Notes under the pieces: model-generated
What the model saw: only the letters and a program-made list of their open reading frames with translations
Database searches by the model: none
Told to the model about the DNA's origin: nothing
Shown: positions 25,808-37,300 of the stretch, piece by piece
How positions within the stretch are numbered: the first letter of the stretch is position 1
Layout of the letters: each line of letters opens with the position of its first letter
Virus record (IMG/VR): IMGVR_UViG_3300030095_005132
Coordinates: 1 to 64,000 of that record
Reading direction: 5' to 3' (one strand)
Source: a virus
Taxonomy: Duplodnaviria > Caudoviricetes
DNA: 64,000 bases
Translations under genes and position numbers: made by a program

Positions 25808-26019
25808 TGATAATATACATAATATATAACGGAGATTTTGAATCAAATGCAAAATCACTAAGGGATGCTGTAAAGGCTAAATGGTCAGATGCAAGCATAA
25901 ATATGTTGGGTACATTAAAAACATTATACCAAATACAAATAGATAATGAGATAATATTTAGTGATGATTCGGTCACGGATAATAACACAATAATAAACTT
26001 AATAGAGGAGCGGTTATAG
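25807..26019 (+). CDS. Small protein, possible degenerate Rdx (SelW-like) fold
   Basis: IYIIY..., YQIQIDNEIIFS, IINLIEERL pattern; no Cys/Sec. Confidence 0.45.
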   Translation: MIIYIIYNGDFESNAKSLRDAVKAKWSDASINMLGTLKTLYQIQIDNEIIFSDDSVTDNNTIINLIEERL

Positions 26020-26021
26020 TA

Positions 26022-26789
26022 ATGAAACAACTATCAGAACAACAAATATTAGATAATTGGAATAAGTTAATGAAACTTATAGAAGATACATTTGAAGGAG
26101 AACGTAAGGATAAGCTCTTAGAGATGTATAAGTACTTTGAGGATAGGATGGTAACAGCGCCAGCTAGTGGTAAGGCGGCTTACCATAATGCTATGGTGGG
26201 TGGTTATGTTGAACACGTCCTACACGTGACAGATTGTGCACTTCAAATCAAAAAGCTGTGGGAGTCTAATGGCGCTATGATTAACTTTACCGATGAAGAG
26301 CTGGTATTCGCTGCTATGCATCACGACTTAGGTAAGGTAGGTGACTTAAATCAAGACTATTATATCCCACAAGACTCCGAATGGCATCGTAAGAATAGGG
26401 GTGAGATATTTAAACACAATCCTAATCTTCAATATATGACAGTTACCGATAGAGCGATTTTTATCCTTAATCATTTCGGTGTTCAAATGTCGGAATGGGA
26501 ATATATCGGATTACGTTTAACCGATGGTATGTATGAGGAAGCAAATAAGTCTTACTACATTTCCTATAATCCTGATTGGAGTTTAAAAAGTAATATAGCA
26601 TACATACTTCATCAAGCAGATATGATGGCGACACACATCGAATTTGATGAGTGGCAACGAGAAGATGAAGAAGTGAGTAATAAGTTTAAAACTGCAGTTC
26701 AAACTAAAACTGAAACTAAACCAAAACCATCGGAGAAACTAAGTGAAAAATCACAAGACTTATTTGATGAGCTTTTTGGAGATAAGTAA
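26022..26789 (+). CDS. HD-domain phosphohydrolase (YhaM-like)
   Basis: APAS...YHNA..GGYVEH, HHDLGKVG, LHQAD. Confidence 0.85.
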   Translation: MKQLSEQQILDNWNKLMKLIEDTFEGERKDKLLEMYKYFEDRMVTAPASGKAAYHNAMVGGYVEHVLHVTDCALQIKKLWESNGAMINFTDEELVFAAMHHDLGKVGDLNQDYYIPQDSEWHRKNRGEIFKHNPNLQYMTVTDRAIFILNHFGVQMSEWEYIGLRLTDGMYEEANKSYYISYNPDWSLKSNIAYILHQADMMATHIEFDEWQREDEEVSNKFKTAVQTKTETKPKPSEKLSEKSQDLFDELFGDK

Positions 26790-27050
26790 ATGTTTTTAGA
26801 AATAGTTCTTGCATGCCTGGTCATTTTATTCGTAACTTCTTGTTATATTATATGGAATTTAAACACGAAGTTAGAATCATTAGAAGATTGGATAATTGAT
26901 TTTATCAATACAATTGAAAAGGTACAATTAGATTTGAAAAAGGTGGATTACAAAGGTTATTTTGAAGCAGATGATGAGGTAGGTCAAATATTTAATCAAA
27001 TTAAAACAACAATAAATCAACTCAATAGGTTCAAAGGAGAAGAACAATAA
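26790..27050 (+). CDS. Single-TM protein
   Basis: N-terminal TM; FEADDEVG motif. Confidence 0.65.
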   Translation: MFLEIVLACLVILFVTSCYIIWNLNTKLESLEDWIIDFINTIEKVQLDLKKVDYKGYFEADDEVGQIFNQIKTTINQLNRFKGEEQ

Positions 27051-27838
27051 TGTCAACAGCAGTTACATCAAGTATAGAAGCTAAATCAGCAAAGCCAAAG
27101 CCCGTAGTTAAGAAAACTCGTAAAAGAAAAAAGAAGGGTAAGAACTATTACTTTAATGAAGGAACTGAGAAAGCTATTATTCGTTACAATAATACAACTG
27201 ACTCTCGTCTAAAAAATAAAATTTACAATGAACATATTAGAGCTGCTTTTGATAAGTTGGCTGAAAATATTATTCATACATTTAAATTTTATTATTTTGA
27301 TGTGGGTTCTATTGAAGTAAAACACGAGGTAGTTTCTTTCTTAATTATGAATATACATAAATTCAAAGAAGGTAAGGGAAAGGCTTTTTCTTATTTTAGT
27401 ATTGTGGCTAAGAACTATCTTATTCTTAATAACAATAAGAACTATAAGATGGGTAAGATACATTCTGAAATGAAGGTATTGGATTACAAAAGAAACCTTA
27501 TGAGTGAAAACACTACTAGTGAAACATCAGAGAAATCTGTTTTATTTGTAGATGAATTACATAGGTTTTGGGATACCAATCTAACTAACATCTTTCGTAG
27601 AGATAAAGATATTAGGGTGGCTGATTCCGTATTGCATATTTTTCGTATAAAAGAAAATATAGAGAACTTTAATAAGAAAGCTCTTTATATTCTTATTCGT
27701 GAAATGACAGGCTCCAATACTCAACACATTACTCGTATTATTAATGTGATGAAAAAGTATAATAAGAGGTTACAACACGAGTTTGATACTCAAGGGATGG
27801 TTGATGTGAGCTATACAGGCTCACTTGTAAGCGAATAA
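27050..27838 (+). CDS. Phage late sigma factor-like protein (T4 gp55-like)
   Basis: KNYYFN, LAENII, IHKFKEGKGKAFSYFSIVAKNYL resembling sigma region 2 of gp55; precedes structural block. Confidence 0.6.
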   Translation: MSTAVTSSIEAKSAKPKPVVKKTRKRKKKGKNYYFNEGTEKAIIRYNNTTDSRLKNKIYNEHIRAAFDKLAENIIHTFKFYYFDVGSIEVKHEVVSFLIMNIHKFKEGKGKAFSYFSIVAKNYLILNNNKNYKMGKIHSEMKVLDYKRNLMSENTTSETSEKSVLFVDELHRFWDTNLTNIFRRDKDIRVADSVLHIFRIKENIENFNKKALYILIREMTGSNTQHITRIINVMKKYNKRLQHEFDTQGMVDVSYTGSLVSE

Positions 27839-27841
27839 AAG

Positions 27842-27868
27842 AAAAGGGAGTTTTTACTCCCTTTTTTT
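27842..27868 (+). terminator. Intrinsic terminator
   Basis: AAAAGGGAG-TTTTTA-CTCCCTTTTTTT. Confidence 0.8.
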
Positions 27869-27953
27869 GTGCCCTGTAATATTTTTATCAAAAGTTACAA
27901 AATTGAATATTTATATATAACAACAATTCCAATAAATATCAATGAGGTAAAAT

Positions 27954-28343
27954 ATGGCAAATGATTATGAAATATTTGAGGGTAAATCATTATCTGGTTT
28001 ATTTAAGGATATATACGAAAATACCAAAACAAATAAGACTCAATTAGAAGTTCTTATGAAAGAAGTTGTTGGTTTTATAAAAGATGGTGATACTGCTGTT
28101 CAGATTATCCCTATGTTAAAAGAATATTTAGAGATTAATGTTAAAAACGATGACCAATTGGTTAAAGTGGCTGCTATAGTACAAAGAATAATAGCAGCTG
28201 AGAGTAAGGGTGGTTCAGAAGATGAGTTTGGTTTATCTGATGCTGAAAAGGAGCAATTGTTAGGAGCGATTGAGGATGCAGCTACGGACTTACAAAAACA
28301 TTCAGACGATATAACTGATGACATAAAAAGGGCTGAGGGTTAA
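27954..28343 (+). CDS. Conserved phage hypothetical protein (helical)
   Basis: Follows late motif at 27908; first gene of structural block. Confidence 0.7.
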   Translation: MANDYEIFEGKSLSGLFKDIYENTKTNKTQLEVLMKEVVGFIKDGDTAVQIIPMLKEYLEINVKNDDQLVKVAAIVQRIIAAESKGGSEDEFGLSDAEKEQLLGAIEDAATDLQKHSDDITDDIKRAEG

Positions 28344-29473
28344 TGTCTTATCGTAAAAGTTCTTTCGTTTATAATAGAGAAGTTACCAAAACTGGAGTAG
28401 CAAGTTATGAAGATGTCTACAGTATTATACGTGATAACGTAGATAATGAAGTTGAATTTTATGAGATTGAACCAGCTATAGTAACTAAAGTATATTTAGA
28501 ACCTAAAGATTTACCATATTCAAATGGTATTTCAGATTATAGTAAGTATGGTACGATAAAAGCTAGATTTTTATACAGTCAAAGCGGAGATGACGAGATT
28601 TCTGAATATATAAAACCACTATCTTCTCATATGGTGGTATATCCATTAGTTGGAGAAATTGTAAATATAGCTAGTCACGGTGGACAGATGTTTTATTATT
28701 CACCTTTGAATTTAAGAAATAACGTAAATATGAATAGGTCTAAGGGTGTATTGCCTGATGGTTCTGTAAAATTGAATATAACAAAATACAACAGAATGCT
28801 AGCTTCAAAAAAAGGTGATATAAATATAAATGGTAGATTTGGTCAGGGTATAAAATTTGGTAGTAATATAGATGGAAATGGAGATTACAGGTTTCCAACC
28901 GTAAAAATTACTAATGGACAAAACAACGATAGAAGAAAGATAAATAATGATTTTTTTCCACATATACAGAATATAAATTTGGATGGTTCTACAATATTAA
29001 TTTCTTCTGGTGCATTAACAAATGAAAATGATATTTTAATACCAGCAGCTGATTCTTCTTGGTGGCCTGTAAAATGGAAAACATCTATTACAGGTAATAT
29101 CATTATGTTAAATTCTGATAGTTTGGTTTTTAATGCTAAAGGTGAATCGGGAGATATTCATCTTTCTGCTAATAGAAATATTGCTTTATCTTCTAATTAC
29201 TCAATAACATTAGAAGCAGGAGAAACAGGTGTTATAAATTTAGGAGAAGCTGATGCTACGAATCCTATTTTAAAAGGAAAAGAAACTCAAGATTTACTTG
29301 AAAAGGTATTCGTTGCTTTATCTGAATTTTCAAATACACTTAAAAACGTAAAAGGAACTGCAGAAATAAACGATGCTGCAGAATTAATGTTTGATAAAAT
29401 TAAAAACATAGAAGAAACTGCTTTACCTAAAGTTTTTAGTAAAACAGTCTATGTAGTAGATGAAAAGGATTAG
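28343..29473 (+). CDS. Putative baseplate hub/spike (gp5-like) protein
   Basis: YPLVGEIV OB-fold-like motif, GDININGRFGQGIKFGS, beta-helix-like C-terminus. Confidence 0.55.
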   Translation: MSYRKSSFVYNREVTKTGVASYEDVYSIIRDNVDNEVEFYEIEPAIVTKVYLEPKDLPYSNGISDYSKYGTIKARFLYSQSGDDEISEYIKPLSSHMVVYPLVGEIVNIASHGGQMFYYSPLNLRNNVNMNRSKGVLPDGSVKLNITKYNRMLASKKGDININGRFGQGIKFGSNIDGNGDYRFPTVKITNGQNNDRRKINNDFFPHIQNINLDGSTILISSGALTNENDILIPAADSSWWPVKWKTSITGNIIMLNSDSLVFNAKGESGDIHLSANRNIALSSNYSITLEAGETGVINLGEADATNPILKGKETQDLLEKVFVALSEFSNTLKNVKGTAEINDAAELMFDKIKNIEETALPKVFSKTVYVVDEKD

Positions 29474-29484
29474 GGGAAAGTAAA

Positions 29485-29988
29485 ATGGCTATTGCGGCAA
29501 ATCTTTTAAAAAAAGAAATAAAAAAAGAATTTGGTGAGATTACAAAGAAGTTAGATCACGATGTTGATTGTATCGTAGAAGATTTAAGAAAAGGTAAGGG
29601 TGCTGGTTTAAACATTAAGAAAACTCAAGAATATATAGAAAAAGCTGAAAAGGCTATAGAGATAATTCTTTTTGTAAGGGATAATGCTGATAGAGTAAAA
29701 AAGGCTACTGAGGCTACCACAATAACATCAGAAGCTACTGAAAAGTCAAGTGTAATCGCATCTGCTTTAAATCCAGCCGCAGCTGCTATAGGATTTGCTA
29801 CTAGATTTATAGTTGAAAAATTAAAACAAGAAGTAAAAGATTTAGATAATGTTATTGAAGTAGTTCCAGCTCTTACAAAAAATTTTAGCGATTTTTTGCA
29901 AAGGTCTAGAAGAAAAATTACTGTGGCATTAGTAGAAAAAGCCTTAAAGGATAAGGTTGCTAAAGATAGAACAAATATGATAGGTTAG
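29485..29988 (+). CDS. Hypothetical virion-region protein
   Basis: ORF in baseplate cluster. Confidence 0.65.
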   Translation: MAIAANLLKKEIKKEFGEITKKLDHDVDCIVEDLRKGKGAGLNIKKTQEYIEKAEKAIEIILFVRDNADRVKKATEATTITSEATEKSSVIASALNPAAAAIGFATRFIVEKLKQEVKDLDNVIEVVPALTKNFSDFLQRSRRKITVALVEKALKDKVAKDRTNMIG

Positions 29989-30016
29989 TATATTTATATA
30001 AAATAGTAAGGAGTTA

Positions 30017-30502
30017 ATGATGGCTAAATCAGCAAAATTAGTTAGTTTAATTAGAGAAATAGTTAGACAAGAAGTTAAAAAAGAGATTAAAGAGATATTT
30101 ATTAAGGAAGGAATGAAGTCTATGACTCAGCAATCTAAAATAGTAGAGGATACAGTTGTAGAAGTTCTACCAAAAAGAAAGCCAAAACCAAAAAAAGAAG
30201 TAACTTACACAAAAAACCCAGTGTTAAATGATATATTAAATGAGACTGCTAGAGCTGGTGAAGAGGATGAATATCCAACAATGGGTGGTGAAACTTTTGA
30301 TAGTTCAAAAATGGCAAGTATGATGGGCTATGGTAATGTGATGAGAAGCTCTGAAGATAAACGAAAAGTGGGAGCTATACAGACAGCACAGGCAGTTGGC
30401 GCTGATACATCAAATCCAGCAGTTCAAGATGTAATGAGCAACCTTACTAAAGATTATAGTGGTGTAATGAAAGCTTTGAAGAAGAAGGATGGTAAAGTAT
30501 AA
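30017..30502 (+). CDS. Hypothetical virion-associated protein
   Basis: LIREIVRQEVKKE N-terminus, TKNPVLNDILNETA. Confidence 0.65.
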   Translation: MMAKSAKLVSLIREIVRQEVKKEIKEIFIKEGMKSMTQQSKIVEDTVVEVLPKRKPKPKKEVTYTKNPVLNDILNETARAGEEDEYPTMGGETFDSSKMASMMGYGNVMRSSEDKRKVGAIQTAQAVGADTSNPAVQDVMSNLTKDYSGVMKALKKKDGKV

Positions 30503-30912
30503 TGAGTGTAATAGGAAATGACTTAAATGAAGATGTGTATATTGGAGTGGGATTACCGTTGGGACACAACCTACAAGGATTTTTTGAAAGGACAAAGACA
30601 TCTTTAGAACAATCAAAACATAATATCAAAAATCTTTTATTGACAAGAAAAGGAGAAAGATTGGGGAATCCTACCTTTGGTTCTGATTTATTTGCTGTCT
30701 TATTTGAACAAGAAGGAGATGATATAGAAACTAAGGTAGAAGAGGCTGTTCGTTCTGCTATGAGTGAATTTTTACCATTTGTAAACATAATTAGTATACA
30801 GACTGTATTCTCACCGACAAATAGAAACGCTGTTAATGTTTCTATGCAATTTTCTTTAAACATAGATTCTTCTTCAACAGAAAATTTATCTATAGATTTA
30901 AATAATTATTAA
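30502..30912 (+). CDS. Baseplate wedge protein, gp25/GPW-like
   Basis: NIKNLLLTRKGERLGNPTFGSDLFAVLFE. Confidence 0.9.
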   Translation: MSVIGNDLNEDVYIGVGLPLGHNLQGFFERTKTSLEQSKHNIKNLLLTRKGERLGNPTFGSDLFAVLFEQEGDDIETKVEEAVRSAMSEFLPFVNIISIQTVFSPTNRNAVNVSMQFSLNIDSSSTENLSIDLNNY

Positions 30913-30923
30913 GGAGAGGGGTA

Positions 30924-32897
30924 ATGCCATATTCAAAACCTAAAAAATCAGTAAAGGAAGTTAGATATCTAAATAAAGATTTTACATCTTTTAAAGATAA
31001 CCTTATTGAGTTTACTAAAATCTACTTTCCTAATGAATATAATGATTTTAATGAATCCTCTCCTGGTATGATGTTTATTGAAATGGCATCTTATGTGGGT
31101 GATGTTTTATCCTACTATATAGACAACCAATTTAAAGAAAGTTTGTTAGCTTTTGCTGAAGAAAAAAAGACAATTTATAATATGGCGCAGTCTTTAGGAT
31201 ACAAACCGACATTAGCTACAGCGGCTTCTGTTGGGCTTGATATATTCCAAACTGTTCCAGCAACAACAAGCGGGGTAGGTGGTGATTTTACGACAAAGCC
31301 AGATTTGACATATGCTCTAAATATAAAATCTGGAATGGAAATTTTATCAGATTCTAACGTTACATTTGTAACTACAGAAGATTGTAATTTTAAATTTTCA
31401 AGCTCATATGATCCAATGCAAGTTTCCATTTATGAAAGTTCAGGAGATACTCCTGTAACTTATTTACTTCAGAAATCTGTAAAGGCTTCTAGTGGAAATA
31501 TTACCACAGAATACATTCAATTTAGCGATGCTGAAAAGTACAAAAGGATTGCTTTGGCAAATTCTAATATAACAGAAATAATTTCTTGTACGGATAGTGA
31601 TGGTAATAGTTGGTATGAAGTTCCATTTTTAGCTCAAGATACTGTATTTACAGATATGGAAAATTTAGAAACCAATGATGATGAATTATATACTTACTCT
31701 GACCAAGCTCCATATTTATTGAAGCTCTTAAAAACATCAAGAAGATTTACGACATTTATTAGAGAGGATGGTAGAACGGAAATGAGGTTTGGTGCTGGTA
31801 CATCAGATAGTCCTGATGAGGAGATTATTCCAAATCCTGATGAAGTTGGTTCATCTTTACCAGGCTCTCCTAGTTATTTAGATACCGCTTTTGATCCGTC
31901 AAACTTTTTAAAAACAAAAGCATATGGACAGGCTCCATCTAATACTCAATTAACTATTAGGTATAGATACGGTGGTGGTGTTAATCATAATGTAAGAGCT
32001 AACAGTATAAGACAGGTTCAATCTTCAAATACTAACCTAGATGATTCTGGTTTATCATCAGCATTAGTATCACAAACTAGAAATTCTGTTGGGATAAATA
32101 ATCCATTACCTGCTGCCGGTGGTAGGGGTGCCGAAAGTGTAATTGAAGTTAAGAACAATGCTTTAGCCTACTTTCAGGCTCAGGCAAGAGCTGTAACTAA
32201 ACAAGACTATATTACGAGAGTTTATGCCTTACCTGCAAAATATGGTAATATATCAAAGGCTTATATTGTACAAGACACTCAACTAGATAGCAGCTCAGGA
32301 GCAAACTCCGATAATAGGGTGATAAATCCATTGGCTCTTAATTTATATGTATTAGGATTTGATGCTGGTAAAAGATTAGCAGTAGTCAATAAAGCAGTTA
32401 AAGAAAATATACAAACATATTTAACACAATTCAGAATGGTTACTGATGCTGTAAATATAAAAGATGCTTTTATAATTAATATAGGCGTACAATTTAGCTT
32501 ACTAACTAAATCAGGTTATAACAAACAAGAAGTTGTTTTAAGAGCAATACAAAAAGTAAAAGACTTTTTTAATATAGATAAATGGCAAATTGGTCAGCCA
32601 ATTGTACTATCTGATTTAGCTTATCAGATATCGTTAACTGATGGAGTATCTGCTGTAGTTCCTCCTGAGGATAACAACCCAAATGGTTTACCTGTATTGA
32701 TAGGTAATAAGTTTCAAGAATCAGAAGGTTATTCGGGAAATGTTTATGACATTGTTTCGGCGACTAAGGATGGTATAGTTTACCCATCATTAGACCCAAG
32801 TTGTTTTGAATTAAAATTTCCAAATGCTGATATAGAAGGTCGTGTGGTTGGCGACTCAGCTGGAAGTCCAGGCAATTCTAACGGAGGATCTTACTAA
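30924..32897 (+). CDS. Baseplate wedge protein, T4 gp6/J-like
   Basis: DFTSFKDNL, NMAQSLGYKP, GGRGAES, RAVTKQDY. Confidence 0.88.
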   Translation: MPYSKPKKSVKEVRYLNKDFTSFKDNLIEFTKIYFPNEYNDFNESSPGMMFIEMASYVGDVLSYYIDNQFKESLLAFAEEKKTIYNMAQSLGYKPTLATAASVGLDIFQTVPATTSGVGGDFTTKPDLTYALNIKSGMEILSDSNVTFVTTEDCNFKFSSSYDPMQVSIYESSGDTPVTYLLQKSVKASSGNITTEYIQFSDAEKYKRIALANSNITEIISCTDSDGNSWYEVPFLAQDTVFTDMENLETNDDELYTYSDQAPYLLKLLKTSRRFTTFIREDGRTEMRFGAGTSDSPDEEIIPNPDEVGSSLPGSPSYLDTAFDPSNFLKTKAYGQAPSNTQLTIRYRYGGGVNHNVRANSIRQVQSSNTNLDDSGLSSALVSQTRNSVGINNPLPAAGGRGAESVIEVKNNALAYFQAQARAVTKQDYITRVYALPAKYGNISKAYIVQDTQLDSSSGANSDNRVINPLALNLYVLGFDAGKRLAVVNKAVKENIQTYLTQFRMVTDAVNIKDAFIINIGVQFSLLTKSGYNKQEVVLRAIQKVKDFFNIDKWQIGQPIVLSDLAYQISLTDGVSAVVPPEDNNPNGLPVLIGNKFQESEGYSGNVYDIVSATKDGIVYPSLDPSCFELKFPNADIEGRVVGDSAGSPGNSNGGSY

Positions 32898-34024
32898 TGA
32901 ATTATTTTATTTTTCCTGATATAGACACAACTATATATCAAGCAACTGGTAGTTCAAATACCGGTCTTGATGAGATATTAGAAGTAACAAAAACTATGAG
33001 TACTTCTGGTGGTAATGTAAAAGTATCTCGTATTTTAATTAAATTTGACTTAACTGAAATTTCAGGTTCTATTGTAGATGGAACTATTACAAGTCCAAAA
33101 TTTTATTTGAATATGTATGATGCTAATTCTCAAAATTTAACCACATCTCAAGAATTATACGCATATCCAATAAGTTCTAGCTGGGTTGAGGGTGAAGGAA
33201 CTTATTCAGATAGTCCTATAACCACAGAAGGTGCTAGTTGGAAATTTAGGGATGGGGCAACAAATGAAAGTTATTGGAGTGGTTCAGCTACTGAGCCAGA
33301 AGGTGGTGCTTGGTTTAGTGATGTCTATGCTAGTCAGTCATTTGAATATGAAACAAGTGATATGAGAATGGATGTTACTCCTATTGTAAATAAGTGGTTA
33401 GATGAAACATATGTAAATGATGGATTTATAATTAAGAGGAGTGGAAGCTTTAACAACGAAGATGTTAACACAGATGAGGGTAGTTCGGAGAGATTAGGTG
33501 AATTTAGATTTTTTTCAAGAAACACCCATACAGTTTATCCACCAAAGCTAGAAGTAGAGTGGTTTGATTCTAAATGGAGTCCTGGTTCTTTAGAAGAACT
33601 ATCCTCTACAGAATTAGAAGATTTATCTTTTTATATGAAAAGTCTAAGGCCTGAATACAAAGAGAAATCAAAAGTCAAATTTAGAATTGTTGGTAGAGCT
33701 AAATATCCTACAAAATCTTATTCAAATACTGCCTCTGAATACCTAACTGTAAAAACTTTACCAAGTGGTAGTGTAGAAAATATAGGTGGTGATGGAACTT
33801 ACTATTCGGTAAGGGATACTCAAACAGAGGATGTTATTATACCATATGGTACAGGTTCTTTAGTTAGTTGTGATTCAACAGGAAATTATTTTAACCTTTG
33901 GATGAACGGACTTCAATCGGAGAGATATTACAAATTTGAATTTAAGGTGATAAGTGGAAGTAATACAGTTGATGAAACTGTAGAATATTATGATGATGAT
34001 TTTGTATTTAAAGTTGTGAGATAA
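32897..34024 (+). CDS. Virion structural protein
   Basis: NTGLDEILE, SRILIKFD, FFSRNTHTVYPPKLEV; baseplate context. Confidence 0.7.
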   Translation: MNYFIFPDIDTTIYQATGSSNTGLDEILEVTKTMSTSGGNVKVSRILIKFDLTEISGSIVDGTITSPKFYLNMYDANSQNLTTSQELYAYPISSSWVEGEGTYSDSPITTEGASWKFRDGATNESYWSGSATEPEGGAWFSDVYASQSFEYETSDMRMDVTPIVNKWLDETYVNDGFIIKRSGSFNNEDVNTDEGSSERLGEFRFFSRNTHTVYPPKLEVEWFDSKWSPGSLEELSSTELEDLSFYMKSLRPEYKEKSKVKFRIVGRAKYPTKSYSNTASEYLTVKTLPSGSVENIGGDGTYYSVRDTQTEDVIIPYGTGSLVSCDSTGNYFNLWMNGLQSERYYKFEFKVISGSNTVDETVEYYDDDFVFKVVR

Positions 34025-34027
34025 AAA

Positions 34028-34342
34028 ATGCCATACACACAAGAGGAATTAAAAAACCTATCATTTTATCAAAATTTAATTGATGAGGATGAACAACAAT
34101 ACCTACAGAGAAGAGATTTGCTTAGGCTGCAATCCACTATTTCAGGATCAGCTGCTGCAGACAATCTCTTATCTAGAGATAAGGATGGAGCTGTTTTAAT
34201 TTTTGAAAATCCATATAGCGATAGCTTAGTTGAGGATGATTCTTCAAAACTTATTCATAATACTACAGTAAAATTATTGAAAACAACAGCGACTGATACT
34301 ATTATAGATGAGGTATTAGATAGGGATTTTGGGGAGTTATAG
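34028..34342 (+). CDS. Hypothetical protein
   Basis: ORF in structural operon. Confidence 0.6.
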   Translation: MPYTQEELKNLSFYQNLIDEDEQQYLQRRDLLRLQSTISGSAAADNLLSRDKDGAVLIFENPYSDSLVEDDSSKLIHNTTVKLLKTTATDTIIDEVLDRDFGEL

Positions 34343-37300
34343 TGGCTAGTAAATTAACAGAAAAACAAAAACAATTACTTGATGCTAACATTAGTACTAG
34401 AGTAGGTCAAAAGCCTTATGAGGATGGTTTGTGGGGTGAGCAAGGAAATAAAGACTTTGTTCATTTACAATTATTTGACGAAAGTAATAATCTTATAGAA
34501 TTTAAAAGTGTTCCATCTTCAGAATTTGTTATAAACACAGATAATAATAACATTGAATTTTATCCTGGTAGACATATTAGAGAATTGGGATATCAGAGTG
34601 GCGTCTTTAATATAAAATATAACTTTTTAAGAAAATTAGCAGGTGATGAGATGCCTGTGTTGTTACATACAATACAAAAAAATGATACAAAAGTTGGTGA
34701 TGTTTATACCAATATGAATGCAATATATGTAACAGAGGACTCTTTAGTTTATGCTGCTACAGAAGAAGATTATAAAAATAATCCCACCACTACTGAGCAA
34801 TTGTCTATAGAAGATTTAACATATCAAATTGATACTATATCACCAAGCAGAACTGAAGTAAGATTAAAATCTAAAAAAATAAATGGATCGTATCAAGATG
34901 ATTTTATCGATTTACAAACTGCTATAATACTAAAAGAAGTTCAGAATAAGATTAGTTTTATAGGTGGAACGCTGTATGATTCTACACAATTAATTTTAAC
35001 TTTAGAATCTTCTGGATTTTTATTTACGAAAAAAATGGTTGGTGGAACAATCACAATACCTAATGTTTTTCAAGTAAATCAAATTGATGTTCCTGTAAAG
35101 ACAAATATAAATATAGTTCAAAATCCTGCAGGAGATTTAATTGAAACCGATAATCTTGGTAATACATTAAATATTGCAACTCAAAATGAATGGGATGAAA
35201 GTTTACACGATAACGCTATTAGAGCAACACATTGGAGTGATGGGTTTGTTAATCACACAGGCACATTTGCTGGAACAGCACATATAGGTTATCACGCATA
35301 TTGGGTTGCAGAAGAAGGTAAAGGTGGGGGAAGCTGTATAAAATTTACAGATCAAAATGAACTTTTTATAGATTTACCTGAATGGCCTAATGAACAGAGA
35401 TACAGGCCTCTACTGATAACGCAGGAGATAACAAACTTGTTAGGCCAGGGTGTTACTCATAATGATATAGCTAATATAAATTTTGATATAAGAAGTACAG
35501 TTGCTAACAAGGGTGTTGAGATATCTTTAAGATATGCAGACGAAGTTTTGGTTGAAGAACAACCTCAGAATCCTCCCCCTGGATTTTTTGATCCCAGCAA
35601 CCCACAACCAACTGAAACACAACCAACCTCTCCACCAGCTGGTTATGAGCCTGCCGATTCTGCAGCAGCTAATGCTATAGAACAACAACCACCGATGAGC
35701 GAATTTGGTATAAGAGAGTTATATGGTGATTCTGTTCCCGTACCTCTTGATATTGCAGAGGGTGATGACACTACAGTTTGGGGTGGAGCAGGAGCTTGGG
35801 TTGTAACTATATTTCAACCAGAAAGACCAAGTCAAAAATATACTTGGGGTGTTAATACAGATGTTGTAGGTAATATGATGCATGGTGAATTGAGTAATGA
35901 AGAAGAATGGGTTTGGAATGCTTATTCTGAGGTGTGGACTGTTAATCCCAATCTTGCAAATTCTTTGATTGCTCCCGATGGTACAAGTGGTAAACCTAAT
36001 GCAGTTAATTATCATCCTGCTCAAATACAAGGTCAGGGTAGAGCTTATTATGAAAGAACTACCAATCGTGGTCAAAACTTAGGATGGCAAACGATGACAG
36101 TGATTGGTGATGCAAAAGTATTGTTATTCAAAGATGATTTAATTTGGGAACAAAGGCACGATCGAGGTGACTTAGATAAATTTTATTTTTACGAATTTGA
36201 CCAATATTTTCCGGCAGTGCGTAATACTGTTTTAAATGCTGGAACGGATGAAGAAAAAACCTTATATGATGATATCTTTCAGAATGGTTTTATTCAAACT
36301 GTTACAAGGGTTGGTAAGGGTAGAAATGATGGTACATATCATAATATGTTTTTAATATTTTATAATAACGGCGATACAAATGCTAGCGGCCAGATGGATG
36401 AATCGTCAAATAGATTTTTTTACATCACAACCTATGCTGGAACTTTGGATAATAGTGGAACAAATCAAGTACACAGCTATCCTAATCACGAGGGAGTAAG
36501 TACACCTTTACATTTTTTAAAAGATTTCGATGGTGGTGTGAATCAAAATGTTATTTCCAATGAAGGTAAGATGGAGTGGTGGTTTAAAGAAGATGATGGT
36601 TACACTAGGTATTACATAGCCACCGGTACAGAATATTACGCTACCAACGAAGGAGATGATGCTGGAACAGATGGTGGTCTTTATGATAATAGCATTGACA
36701 GTTACTATCCGGCACCATTAGGAGATGGTTTCGGTGATACATTGGCTAATGGTGTCGATTGTGCGGTTGGTCCGGTTGGGGGTTTTGGTAGATATAGATA
36801 TATCATTGGAGATCGTCAATATAGAGCAAAGGGTTCTGCAGCTGATGGTACGGATCGCGATAAATCTTTAAATGATGTTTTTTTCAGATGTGGTGAGGTA
36901 ATAAATCAAAATGGGGATTCTGTAACATTTGGTGTTAGGAATCCATCCGCAACGAACTACGGTGTATTTGGTGATTTTGCTGATGCCGGTGAGCTTACTG
37001 AAGCTGATGTAACACCGGTTTATGACAATGGTTTAGGTGAATATGATTTTCCTGATAATCCTCTTCAGATAGGAGTTCTTAGCGAAGGAGAAAATTGGGT
37101 ATGGGATGGAAGCCAATGGAATGACAATTCTCTTAACCCACCAAGATACAATTATAAATCTCCACCATCAACAAAACAGATACTTGCTCCAGAAATAGCT
37201 GGTGAGTGGATAAATGTGAGTGCTCAAATACCTATACCAAGTGATTGGTTGCTTGGACAAAAATGGTATTTACAAATTTATGGTAGTGGTAAGAGCCAAA

